Part shown: in pieces, positions 37,812 through 47,234 of the stretch
How the letters are laid out: each line of letters opens with the position of its first letter
Numbering within the stretch: the stretch's first letter is position 1
Source: an uncultured bacterium
Lineage (GTDB): Bacteria > Patescibacteriota > Minisyncoccia > Phycocordibacterales > UBA9973
DNA length: 64,000 bases
Direction of reading: 5' to 3'
Assembly: GCA_937903035.1 (NCBI GenBank)
Contig: CALCZP010000003.1
Location: forward strand, 65,156 to 129,155
Program-made: the position numbers and the translations under genes
Notes under the pieces: generated by a model
What the model was told of the DNA's origin: nothing
Databases searched by the model: none
What the model saw: only the letters and a program-made list of their open reading frames with translations

Positions 37812-38933
37812 ATGAAAAAAAACCTTCTCACCAATCTCAAATTCATCGCATTCGGTATTGTTGTTGCACTCGGAATGAGTTATGCGTCAGCTGCATGGAA
37901 TGATCCGTCAACGGGGGCGCCTGGTACCAATATTGCGCTCCCTATTCATATGGGGCAAAGTCAGCTCAAAGATGGGGGGCTTTCGGTTAATACGTTTACT
38001 GCATGGCAAAATGCGCACTTTGTACAACAAGTTTTTATTAATGAGATGCTTTCTGCCGTGACTGGATCAACCCTTGTACGGTTTGGAGGGGCTGATGCAT
38101 TAGGGACAACACGAACTGTTGCTGTTGATGTAAGTGGAGGGTTTACAACGACAGGTACTATTAAGGCAGTGAATGTTGCCGGGACCAGCGAAGGAAAACT
38201 TTGTGCAACAGCTGATGGCACTATTGTTCGCTGTGTAGCTCAGGCGGTACCTGCTACATGTGTTATTAATTCTTTTACTTCAAATAAATATAGTGTGAAG
38301 CCAAATGCGCCACAGCTCACTTTTAGCTGGTCAACTACAGGGTGCACGAGTGCTTCTATTAATGGAGTACCACTTTCATCAGTCAATGGAAGCGGGCTCT
38401 ATAATGCACCAACTCAAACAACGGTTTATACACTTACTGCCACAAATGGCACTACTAGTCCTACAAAATCATTTACTATTACGTTCGGCACTCCCCCTGT
38501 CGCAAGTTCAAATATTGCATTGTATTTAAGTGATGTACCATATGTATATAGTACAGGTACTAGTGATGGTAGTAATTATGGATACTCTTTTAAGAGAAGT
38601 TATTACGGAAAAGTGACGCTTGCACCTCAGTATGCTGTTACGCCAGGAACACCATCACCCGAGCTTGAGGTTTGTGGTGACCCTTCTCCAACATCAGCAG
38701 CTGTCTGTGCTTCTCAAAATCCTAATCCAAATAATAATCCACCACCTGATATTGAGCAGATACAACATGGTGATTATACCGTCATATTTAACGGTCTTTG
38801 TCAGAACAGTCCGGGTATGGCTAACGGTTCACCGTCTCTTCACTATAGGAATGGTGATGGAAGTGTAGGCAGTCTCGTTCCGAGTTCAATAAATATTAGT
38901 GGAATGGTCGAATTTATCGCCTCATGTCTATAA
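37812..38933 (+). CDS. Secreted paralog of the 36627 and 38938 proteins (shared N-terminal domain, Ig-like Cys-pair domain)
   Basis: First 57 nt identical to 38938; conserved GGLSV..F.A.QNA.F ... TRTV ... C.ADG.IV.C block. Confidence 0.6.
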   Translation: MKKNLLTNLKFIAFGIVVALGMSYASAAWNDPSTGAPGTNIALPIHMGQSQLKDGGLSVNTFTAWQNAHFVQQVFINEMLSAVTGSTLVRFGGADALGTTRTVAVDVSGGFTTTGTIKAVNVAGTSEGKLCATADGTIVRCVAQAVPATCVINSFTSNKYSVKPNAPQLTFSWSTTGCTSASINGVPLSSVNGSGLYNAPTQTTVYTLTATNGTTSPTKSFTITFGTPPVASSNIALYLSDVPYVYSTGTSDGSNYGYSFKRSYYGKVTLAPQYAVTPGTPSPELEVCGDPSPTSAAVCASQNPNPNNNPPPDIEQIQHGDYTVIFNGLCQNSPGMANGSPSLHYRNGDGSVGSLVPSSINISGMVEFIASCL

Positions 38934-38937
38934 ACAT

Positions 38938-40176
38938 ATGAAAAAAAACCTTCTCACCAATCTCAAATTCATCGCATTCGGTATTGTTGTTGCGTATGCC
39001 ATGAACTATGTATCAGCAAGTGCATGGATTAATCCACCTGCAAATCCTCCGATAAATAACACTGATCAGCCAGTCAATGTATCTGCTACTGATCAAGTAA
39101 AAGGTGACCCTGCTTCAGGAACAGGAGGAGGTCTTTCAGTGCTTGGTTTTGTTGCAGGACAAAATGCACAATTTGAAAAAGGGGTATTTGTTGGAGGTAT
39201 TATTCGAGGGGATTCACCGTTTGCGCCAACTACAAGCTCTACTGTCCGTTTTGGGGGAGCTACAGGACTTGGGACAACACGCACGGTCAATCTTGCCATG
39301 AACGGAAGCCTTGATACAAAAGTTTCAGTTTCTGCATCAAATCTTGCAAATGTAAGTTCTAAAGAAGTATGTGCAGATGCAAATGGAAATCTCGTATTTT
39401 GTACTACAACTCCTCCTCCTGCAGCCTGCTCAATCACTTCATTTACTGCAACTCCAAGTACTATTACTACAACTCCGGCATCAACCAATCTTCAATGGGC
39501 AACCACGAACTGTACATCTGTTACTATCGATGGTGCATTGCAGGCATCTCCAAATGGCAATGACAACTTTAGTGTGAATGCATCACATACCTATACGTTG
39601 GTTGCGACAAATACAACCTCAACTGATACAGCAACCGCACAGGTAACCTACAATCCTCCTGCTTCAAACTGTCCTGTAGGGCAGGTAGAGCTTGCTGATT
39701 TGACTGCATATGGTGCCGGGTATATCTGTGGAACACCTGGAATAAAAATCGGTGTTGCAGGTAATAATGGTTGCGGGCCATGGGGTAACTGCTATAACCC
39801 AACATATGTAAATGTCAGAACAGGTGTCAGTGTAATATTAAATGCACCTGTTGTCTCTGATACGGTATTTACCATAAAATGGACGAGCAGGGTTGGTACT
39901 TCAAATATTCCAATGCAAGAGAATTTCACCATTCTTGCAGGACAGATTCATTATGGTGGGATCATGGCTAGTCAGTTGTGGCCAGCAAGCGGTTTTGAAA
40001 CAAGTACACCTTACACCAGTGGAGTTGTTGATAGATCTGGCGTATATCGTGCCGGTACCATTTTTGGAGGAGCAGATGATTTTGGATTTCCTCTTGCGAA
40101 TATAGACAATGCAGCATGTCTTGTTGCTTCTCCAGGTGTGAACCTTGCCGCAAGTAATATTCCTGTCTGTCAATAA
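38938..40176 (+). CDS. Secreted paralog (shared N-terminus, divergent C-terminal region)
   Basis: ATG 38938, MKKNLLTNLKFIAFGIVVA identical to the 37812 protein; the ORF-track ORF begins at 38899. Confidence 0.6.
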   Translation: MKKNLLTNLKFIAFGIVVAYAMNYVSASAWINPPANPPINNTDQPVNVSATDQVKGDPASGTGGGLSVLGFVAGQNAQFEKGVFVGGIIRGDSPFAPTTSSTVRFGGATGLGTTRTVNLAMNGSLDTKVSVSASNLANVSSKEVCADANGNLVFCTTTPPPAACSITSFTATPSTITTTPASTNLQWATTNCTSVTIDGALQASPNGNDNFSVNASHTYTLVATNTTSTDTATAQVTYNPPASNCPVGQVELADLTAYGAGYICGTPGIKIGVAGNNGCGPWGNCYNPTYVNVRTGVSVILNAPVVSDTVFTIKWTSRVGTSNIPMQENFTILAGQIHYGGIMASQLWPASGFETSTPYTSGVVDRSGVYRAGTIFGGADDFGFPLANIDNAACLVASPGVNLAASNIPVCQ

Positions 40177-40180
40177 AAAA

Positions 40181-40210
40181 CAAAAAGCACCTATAGGTGC
40201 TTTTTGTTTT
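40181..40210 (+). terminator. Rho-independent terminator
   Basis: AAAAAGCACCTATAGGTGCTTTTTGTTTT; overlaps the annotated ORF start of the next gene, forcing the PilB start at 40236. Confidence 0.65.
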
Positions 40211-40235
40211 GCGCATTTCACCGTACAATGAATGT

Positions 40236-41981
40236 ATGATTGTTGATGAAGCGAAGCTTGCACGAATGATACTTGATACAGGTATTGCATCTGCTGATGA
40301 TATTGCGCGTTTTCAGTCAACACGAACAACTGATCAAACACTTTCTTCGTATCTACTCTCAAGTGGTAAGGTTAAAGAGATCGAGCTTAAGAAGCTTGAA
40401 GCATATGTGCTCGGTATCCCATTTGTAACACTCGACAAGGAGCGTCTCGAACGTGATGTGCTGTTTTTGATCCCTGAAGCGATTGCGCGCAGGTACAACG
40501 TCGTCGCATATAAGCGAAATGGCAGCAACCTTGAGATTGCAGTACTTGATATCGATAATCTTCCTGCTATTGATTTCGTTCGCAAGAAAACAGGGCTTCG
40601 TATTTTACCGCGACTTACTGATAGTGACTCGATCAAGGCAGTACTGCTGCAGTATAAAAAGAGTCTACAGGCAGAATTTGACTCTATTATCCAAAAGGAG
40701 AGTGCAAGTCTGCAAAAAATAGAAGAGAAAGATAGTGAAGTATCTCCAGAAGATCTCAAGGAGCTCGCAGAAGATCTACCAATTATCAAGATTGTTGACA
40801 CGCTTATCTCTCATGCGATTTTACAGCGTGCATCAGATATCCATATTGAGCCTGGGGAAAACGACCTCATCGTTCGCTATCGTATTGACGGTATTCTCCA
40901 TGATGCAATGACACTTCCCAAGGATGCTGCAGCAGCAGTAAGTGCTCGTATCAAAGTATTGGCAAATCTCAAGCTTGATGAAAAGCGTCTCCCACAAGAT
41001 GGACGATTCAAAATGGTAGTTGAAGAGCAGCCGGTATCGTTTCGTGTTTCAACACTTCCAACGTATTTTGGAGAAAAGACTGTCATTCGAATTTTGCGCG
41101 AGTCATCTCATGGCTACACAATGGAAGGGCTCGGCTTTCATGGGGATTCGCTTGAGCTTGTGCATGATGGTATGCATCAGCACTCTGGTATTATTCTTTG
41201 CTCTGGTCCGACCGGTTCGGGTAAAACCACTACCCTCTATACCATGCTTGATATCTTGAACACGCCTGAGGTGAATATTTCGACTATTGAAGATCCGATT
41301 GAATATCAAATGGCCCGTGTTAATCAGACGCAAGTGAAAAGTGAGATTGGGATGACCTTTGCAAACGGTCTGCGTGCACTGCTTCGTCAGGATCCTAACA
41401 TTATCATGGTAGGGGAGATCCGAGACGGAGAGACTGCTGATCTCGCCGTGAATGCGGCGCTTACTGGTCACTTGGTGCTCTCTACTATCCACACCAACTC
41501 GGCTGCGGGCGCTATCCCGCGACTCATTGATATGGGGGTTGAGCCATTTTTGATCACCTCAACTGCAAAGAGCATTATTGCGCAGCGACTCGTACGACGA
41601 CTTACCTCAGTCAAAGAAGAGTATTTCTTATCACCGGGTGAGTTGCAGCAGCTTGCACATGCGGTTGATTTGGATCGCCTGCGTCACATGCTTGAGCTTG
41701 AAAACATTATCAAGGCAGGAACACCATGGGAAAAGATTCCATTTTATCGTCCAAAGAAAAGTGAGGAAAGTGACGATGGCTACAAGGGGCGCATTGGTAT
41801 TCATGAGGTGCTTAAAGTTTCTCCTACAATCAAAGAAATTATTTTGCGAGGTGGTTCAAGTGATGAAGTTGAATCCCAGGCTAAAAAAGAAGGGATGACA
41901 ACAATGCTCGAAGACGGTATGTTCCAGGCAGTACAGGGCAAAACCACTATTGATGAAGTACTTCGTGTTGTTTCCGAGTAG
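40236..41981 (+). CDS. pilB: Type IV pilus assembly / T2SS ATPase PilB/GspE
   Basis: Walker A GPTGSGKTTTLY; Asp box; His box; GspE N- and C-domains. Confidence 0.9.
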   Translation: MIVDEAKLARMILDTGIASADDIARFQSTRTTDQTLSSYLLSSGKVKEIELKKLEAYVLGIPFVTLDKERLERDVLFLIPEAIARRYNVVAYKRNGSNLEIAVLDIDNLPAIDFVRKKTGLRILPRLTDSDSIKAVLLQYKKSLQAEFDSIIQKESASLQKIEEKDSEVSPEDLKELAEDLPIIKIVDTLISHAILQRASDIHIEPGENDLIVRYRIDGILHDAMTLPKDAAAAVSARIKVLANLKLDEKRLPQDGRFKMVVEEQPVSFRVSTLPTYFGEKTVIRILRESSHGYTMEGLGFHGDSLELVHDGMHQHSGIILCSGPTGSGKTTTLYTMLDILNTPEVNISTIEDPIEYQMARVNQTQVKSEIGMTFANGLRALLRQDPNIIMVGEIRDGETADLAVNAALTGHLVLSTIHTNSAAGAIPRLIDMGVEPFLITSTAKSIIAQRLVRRLTSVKEEYFLSPGELQQLAHAVDLDRLRHMLELENIIKAGTPWEKIPFYRPKKSEESDDGYKGRIGIHEVLKVSPTIKEIILRGGSSDEVESQAKKEGMTTMLEDGMFQAVQGKTTIDEVLRVVSE

Positions 41982-42001
41982 TGTTCTGCTACACTTGATG
42001 G

Positions 42002-43213
42002 ATGAAGTTCTCATATAAAGCACGAAATACATCTGGTGCAATTGTCACTGGAGTCATCGATGCAGATGAGCGAGGAGATGCTATTTCAGCGCTTCGAGAA
42101 ACAGGTCTTTCGCCTATTGTGATTTCTAAGCAAACAGCACTCAGTTTTTCTATTACTATAAGTAGTGTGCTCAAGCGAGTAAAACTTTCAGAGAAGATTA
42201 TTCTCATGAAAAATCTCTCAGGTATGCTCCGTGCAGGACTCTCTATTTCGCGAGCTCTTGTTGTGCTTCAAAAGCAAACACCGAATGCCTATTTTAAAAC
42301 AGTGATTGGTGGACTCCTTGCTGCGATTGATAATGGGGGTACCCTTTCTGAAGGTCTTGCGCAGTACCCAAAAGTTTTTTCAACACTGGTGGTTGCAATG
42401 ATACGTTCTGGTGAAGAGTCAGGAAGTCTACCACAAGCATTGGCTGAGATTGAGGTGCAGCTAGCAAAAAGCTATGAGCTTAGGCGCAAAATTAAAAGCG
42501 CAATGATGTACCCATCTATTATTCTCGGTGCGATCTTTATTATTGGTATCCTTATGTTTATCTTTGTGGTGCCAACACTTACAAGTACGTTCAAGGAGCT
42601 TGGAGTCGAACTTCCAGCGTCAACAAAGCTTGTGGTAGGACTTAGCGATTTAATTTCAAATCATATTGCACTACTGGTTGGGGGGATTGTTGGTATTATT
42701 GTTATTGTCATAGTGCTTGCAAGATTTAGAGTAGTTCGTCGAGGGTGGGATTTTATTTCAGTACGTATTCCGGTGGTTGGCACATTACTCCAGGAGGTGA
42801 ATGCTGCACGTCTGACACGAACGCTTTCATCACTTTTGAGTTCTGGTGTCACGATCGACAAAGCAATCACCATATCCAAAGATGTACTACAAAATTCGTA
42901 TTACCGTGATAGTCTCGATGAGTTAATGGTTGTCGTACAGCGTGGCGAAACCCTTTCGAGTGTATTTCAGAAATATCCAAAACTCTATCCGATCATGGTT
43001 GCTGAAATGATAGAGGTAGGAGAAGAGACGGGTAAACTTTCACAAATGTTGTTGGACGTAGCCGTGTTTTATGAGGGGGAGGTTGATGCAAAGACAAAGG
43101 ATCTTTCTACGATCATTGAACCCGTGTTAATGCTATTTATTGGGGTTTGTGTAGGGTTCTTCGCGGTCTCTATGCTCTCGCCGATGTATAGTATTATGGA
43201 CTCTATCAAATAA
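42002..43213 (+). CDS. pilC: Type IV pilus / T2SS platform protein PilC/GspF
   Basis: Two T2SS-F domains; 3 TM; 403 aa. Confidence 0.88.
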   Translation: MKFSYKARNTSGAIVTGVIDADERGDAISALRETGLSPIVISKQTALSFSITISSVLKRVKLSEKIILMKNLSGMLRAGLSISRALVVLQKQTPNAYFKTVIGGLLAAIDNGGTLSEGLAQYPKVFSTLVVAMIRSGEESGSLPQALAEIEVQLAKSYELRRKIKSAMMYPSIILGAIFIIGILMFIFVVPTLTSTFKELGVELPASTKLVVGLSDLISNHIALLVGGIVGIIVIVIVLARFRVVRRGWDFISVRIPVVGTLLQEVNAARLTRTLSSLLSSGVTIDKAITISKDVLQNSYYRDSLDELMVVVQRGETLSSVFQKYPKLYPIMVAEMIEVGEETGKLSQMLLDVAVFYEGEVDAKTKDLSTIIEPVLMLFIGVCVGFFAVSMLSPMYSIMDSIK

Positions 43214-43218
43214 CTAGT

Positions 43219-43677
43219 ATGAAATCATTTCAGACAGGCTACTCAGCAATTCAACTTATTGTGACTATTGCGATCATTGGCATACTCCTTGGGGTGGTGA
43301 GTGTGCCATTTTTGAAATTTCGCCAACAACAAGCACTTGAGAACACAACTGATGGGCTTGTATCAGTACTTGGCGAAGCTCGTGCCAAGACACTTGCCGG
43401 CTATGACAACACTTCATACGGTGTTCATATCGAAGCAGCACAGTTTGTACTTTTTACAGGGACGACATATAACGCAAATGCATCGACCAATAAAACATTT
43501 TTTTATGAAACAGGTGTGTCGCTCGGGACACTTACACTTAACGGTAGTGGATCAAACATAAGTTTTGATCGACTCAAAGGAACGACGTCACAGTATGGTA
43601 CGATTGTATTGCAATCACAAAACGGTCAGACTCGTACTATTACTATCACTAGTACTGGTACGGTAAAACGAAATTAA
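43219..43677 (+). CDS. Prepilin-type pseudopilin, GspH/FimT-like (Gln at +5)
   Basis: MKSFQTG/YSAIQLIVTIAIIGIL N-terminus. Confidence 0.65.
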   Translation: MKSFQTGYSAIQLIVTIAIIGILLGVVSVPFLKFRQQQALENTTDGLVSVLGEARAKTLAGYDNTSYGVHIEAAQFVLFTGTTYNANASTNKTFFYETGVSLGTLTLNGSGSNISFDRLKGTTSQYGTIVLQSQNGQTRTITITSTGTVKRN

Positions 43678-43682
43678 ACAGT

Positions 43683-44153
43683 ATGCAGCACAAACAGACA
43701 CAACAAGGATTCTTTCTCGTAGAAGTTATTGTTGCGTCATCAGTCATTGCAGTTGTACTTGTACTATTACTTGGGTCCATTCAACATACTGTAGAGGCTT
43801 CACAGCGAAGTCTTGAGCGTACGCAAACTGCCTATCTGCTTGAGGAAGGGGCAGAGGTGGTGAAACTTATACGCAGTGAGGCGTGGTCATCGATCAGTGG
43901 GCTTACCGCTGGTACGACGTACTATTTTCTATGGACTGGATCGGTGTGGACACTTACGACAACACCTCAAACGATAAATGGGTTTACTCGCACGGTGGTA
44001 ATGACCTCGGTCAATCGCGATGGAAATAATGATATTGTCACTTCAGGCGGTACTATCGATAATGGTACCAAAAAAGTCACCATTACTGTTTCATGGATAG
44101 CTCCATCGGGAGTGCAGACAGAGAATATGTCGTTGTATATAACCAATATATGA
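43683..44153 (+). CDS. Prepilin-type minor pilin
   Basis: QQG/FFLVEVIVA with Glu +5. Confidence 0.7.
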   Translation: MQHKQTQQGFFLVEVIVASSVIAVVLVLLLGSIQHTVEASQRSLERTQTAYLLEEGAEVVKLIRSEAWSSISGLTAGTTYYFLWTGSVWTLTTTPQTINGFTRTVVMTSVNRDGNNDIVTSGGTIDNGTKKVTITVSWIAPSGVQTENMSLYITNI

Positions 44154-44650
44154 GAAACCATAAACAACAAGGTTATTCGTTAATTGAGCTGGTGATCTAT
44201 ATTGCACTTTTTGCACTGATCTCCGTAGTTATTGTAAATGCGCTGATTATGGTAATGCGTACCTATGCGTCCGCTCAAGGTTATAGAAGACTTCAAACTA
44301 ATGGAGAACTCATTATGGAGCGCGTTGTTCGAGAAATACGCGATGCATCAGTCGTATCAGGAAATAGTGTCTATGGAGTAAACTCTGGCACACTCTCACT
44401 TTCTGGTACTGACAGTAGTGGTACGGCACATACGGCAGTGTTCTCAGTATCAAACGGTGCGTTGGTGCTCAATGAAAATGGTACCAGTGCAAATCTTTCG
44501 ACTTCTGAAGTCGTGGTTAGTACGTTTATCGTTCGCCATATTACGACAACGAACGGGGAGGGTATCAAGGTTGAGCTTACACTTGCGACGACGAATGGCC
44601 ATATTGTGAGTGTACCATTTTATGCAACTGCAATGCTTCGAGGAAAATAA
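44150..44650 (+). CDS. Prepilin-type minor pilin
   Basis: MRNHKQQG/YSLIELVIYIALF from ATG 44150 (ATGA overlap with the upstream stop); the ORF extends to 44093. Confidence 0.7.
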   Translation: MRNHKQQGYSLIELVIYIALFALISVVIVNALIMVMRTYASAQGYRRLQTNGELIMERVVREIRDASVVSGNSVYGVNSGTLSLSGTDSSGTAHTAVFSVSNGALVLNENGTSANLSTSEVVVSTFIVRHITTTNGEGIKVELTLATTNGHIVSVPFYATAMLRGK

Positions 44651-44651
44651 T

Positions 44652-46439
44652 ATGTACAAGGATTTCACTACAAATGGAAACAAGGGAAATGTGTTGATCA
44701 TTGTGATGGTGCTCTTTGTGGCAATTTCACTTTCTGTTGCACTAGGGTTGGTGACACCAGTGATACGCGCGAGTCATAGCGCGCAAAATGCACTTGAATC
44801 AAAGCGTAGTTATTTTATCGCAGAGTCAGGTGTCGAAGATGTGCTATATCGTCTCCGCTCATCCATGAGTGTCTCATCGAGCGAGACGTTGGTGCTTGGT
44901 ACACAAGAAACAACAACAACGCTAACAGATATCCAGAATGGACAGAAACAAATTGAATCACTCGGTGATAGTCAAAACCGTAACAGGTCTGTCACGGTAA
45001 CGGTACAACAAGGAGCTGGTGTGTCATTCAACTACGGACTCCAGGTTGGTCGCGGTGGTATAGATCTTGCTGGAAGTTCTGGTATTAATGGAAACGTGTA
45101 TGCCAACGGCAACATTCACGGTACGTCGAGCTCATTTATTACGGGAAGTGCAATTGCTGCTAGTAGTGATGCGCTCACTACTGATCAGTCAAATGGAACT
45201 GGTACGCCGACATCAGGTATTACGTTCGGGAATGCAACAGCGACACAGAGTGTTGCACAAAGCTTTGTGGTTTCAGAGGAAATTCCACTCAACAAATTGC
45301 AGTTATATCTACTAAAAACAGGAAGTCCTTCCAATATTACTGTTTCGATTGCAGCTGATGCTGGAGGTGTACCAAGTACAACAACACTTGCAACAGGAAG
45401 TATTTCGGCATCTTTGGTAACTACTGCATATGGATGGGTTGATGCGACATTTACTTCGAGTCCAACATTACAAACAGGTACCACCTACTGGATCGTCCTT
45501 ACTGCAGGAACTTCAGCAACAGCAAACTATACAATCGGTACAAATACAAATGGTTACATAGATGGAACGAGTAAGATTGGCAGACATAGTACGAGTGTAT
45601 GGTCTGCACCCACGCCTGCAACGCTTGATACATATTTCAAGCTCTATCTTGGTGGTCTTACATCATCAATTTACGGGGATAGTCAGTACAATCAGCTACA
45701 TATTGGTACAAGCGGTGCTGGTATTGCCAAGGCACATACGGTGAACTATACCAATGCCACTGGTAGTATCTATTGCCAAACAGGGACACTCAACAATAAG
45801 GCCTGCAATACTACCCAGGCTGATCCAACTCCTGAGCCATGGCCTGTTTCTGATGGAAATATCGATACTTGGAAAGCAGAAGCAGTTGCGGGAGGGACGC
45901 TTAGTGGTAATCAAACATACGGAGGCACAACAAACACCACTCTTGGCCCGAAGAAAATTGCAGGTAACCTAAGTATTGGCGGTAGTGCAGTTGTGAGTGT
46001 GACAGGGACACTGTGGGTAACAGGTAATCTGACTGTAGATGGTTCTGGTGCATTAAAACTTGCGAGTGCGTATGGATCAGGGAGTGGGACGATTATTGTA
46101 GATGGTAGAGTAATCATTGCGGGTAGCTCTCCTGTGACAGGGAGTGGTACAACAGGGAGTTATATTATGATTCTTTCTCTTTCTGACTGCCCTACGAGCT
46201 CCTCATGCAGTGGTTCGAATGCTATTGATATTAGTGGTGCTGCTGGAGCAGTCATTTTAGTTGCCCAAAATGGCACAATTAACTTTAGTGGGTCAGCAAG
46301 TGCAAAACAGGCAACGGGGTATACTATCAAACTCTCCGGTGCTACGACTGTGACATATGAAAGTGGTATTGCAAATCTTAACTTTACCAGTGGAGCATCG
46401 GGCTCATGGGTTGTTCAATCTTGGAAAGAAACGGAGTGA
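44652..46439 (+). CDS. Large pilus-associated protein, PilX-like N-terminus
   Basis: N-terminal NKGNVLIIVMVLFVAISLSVALG hydrophobic segment; 595 aa, Thr/Gly/Ser-rich. Confidence 0.5.
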   Translation: MYKDFTTNGNKGNVLIIVMVLFVAISLSVALGLVTPVIRASHSAQNALESKRSYFIAESGVEDVLYRLRSSMSVSSSETLVLGTQETTTTLTDIQNGQKQIESLGDSQNRNRSVTVTVQQGAGVSFNYGLQVGRGGIDLAGSSGINGNVYANGNIHGTSSSFITGSAIAASSDALTTDQSNGTGTPTSGITFGNATATQSVAQSFVVSEEIPLNKLQLYLLKTGSPSNITVSIAADAGGVPSTTTLATGSISASLVTTAYGWVDATFTSSPTLQTGTTYWIVLTAGTSATANYTIGTNTNGYIDGTSKIGRHSTSVWSAPTPATLDTYFKLYLGGLTSSIYGDSQYNQLHIGTSGAGIAKAHTVNYTNATGSIYCQTGTLNNKACNTTQADPTPEPWPVSDGNIDTWKAEAVAGGTLSGNQTYGGTTNTTLGPKKIAGNLSIGGSAVVSVTGTLWVTGNLTVDGSGALKLASAYGSGSGTIIVDGRVIIAGSSPVTGSGTTGSYIMILSLSDCPTSSSCSGSNAIDISGAAGAVILVAQNGTINFSGSASAKQATGYTIKLSGATTVTYESGIANLNFTSGASGSWVVQSWKETE

Positions 46440-46472
46440 TAAGGGTACTATACGTCATGATATACTGACGCT

Positions 46473-47228
46473 ATGATATTTCTTGTTGGTAACTGGAAGA
46501 TGGCACCAGAAAAAAGTGCGCAAGCCGTCACATTGTTCAAAAAGACTAACTTGTTGGCAAGGGCCTATAAAAAGTCATTGACGATAGTCGCATGCGCCCC
46601 ATCAGTCTATCTTGCAACCCTTACCAAGCAGCGAGTTTCACCGCTCAAGCTTGGAGCGCAGACCGTTGCTTCAACCAGTACTGTCGCAAATACAGGGCTT
46701 ATCCATGCAGCAATGCTCAAAGATGCAGGGGTAACATATGGTATTGTGGGGCATTCAGAGAGTCGTGCGCGTGGGGAGGGCAATGATCTTATTCGTGAGC
46801 AGGCACTTCGTCTCATTGAGAAGAAAATCATTCCAATCCTTTGTGTTGGTGAACGAGAGCGTGATCCCCAAGGGTGGTATTTGAGTGAAGTGAAAGAACA
46901 ACTGGAGAGTTTACTCGTAGTACTTCCAAAGACAGCCTACAAATCATTCATGATTGCATATGAGCCAATCTGGGCTATTGGCAAAGATGCAGTACGCGAA
47001 GCAACAGCAGTTGAGTGCCAAGAAATGATTATTTTTATTCGCAAGATTATTGCTGATGCGATTGGAGAGAAAGCTGCATCACTTGTACCCATTCTCTATG
47101 GTGGTTCGGTAAATGAAATCAATGCCCGCTCATTTATCGTTGAGGGCAAGGCACAAGGCTTGCTGGTAGGGCGGGTAAGTCTTGATCCAGTTGCATATAG
47201 TAAGCTTGCAAAATCAATCAGTAAATAA
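46473..47228 (+). CDS. tpiA: Triosephosphate isomerase
   Basis: NWKM ... GHSERR-like GHSESR ... ; catalytic E; 251 aa. Confidence 0.9.
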   Translation: MIFLVGNWKMAPEKSAQAVTLFKKTNLLARAYKKSLTIVACAPSVYLATLTKQRVSPLKLGAQTVASTSTVANTGLIHAAMLKDAGVTYGIVGHSESRARGEGNDLIREQALRLIEKKIIPILCVGERERDPQGWYLSEVKEQLESLLVVLPKTAYKSFMIAYEPIWAIGKDAVREATAVECQEMIIFIRKIIADAIGEKAASLVPILYGGSVNEINARSFIVEGKAQGLLVGRVSLDPVAYSKLAKSISK

Positions 47229-47234
47229 TTTTTT

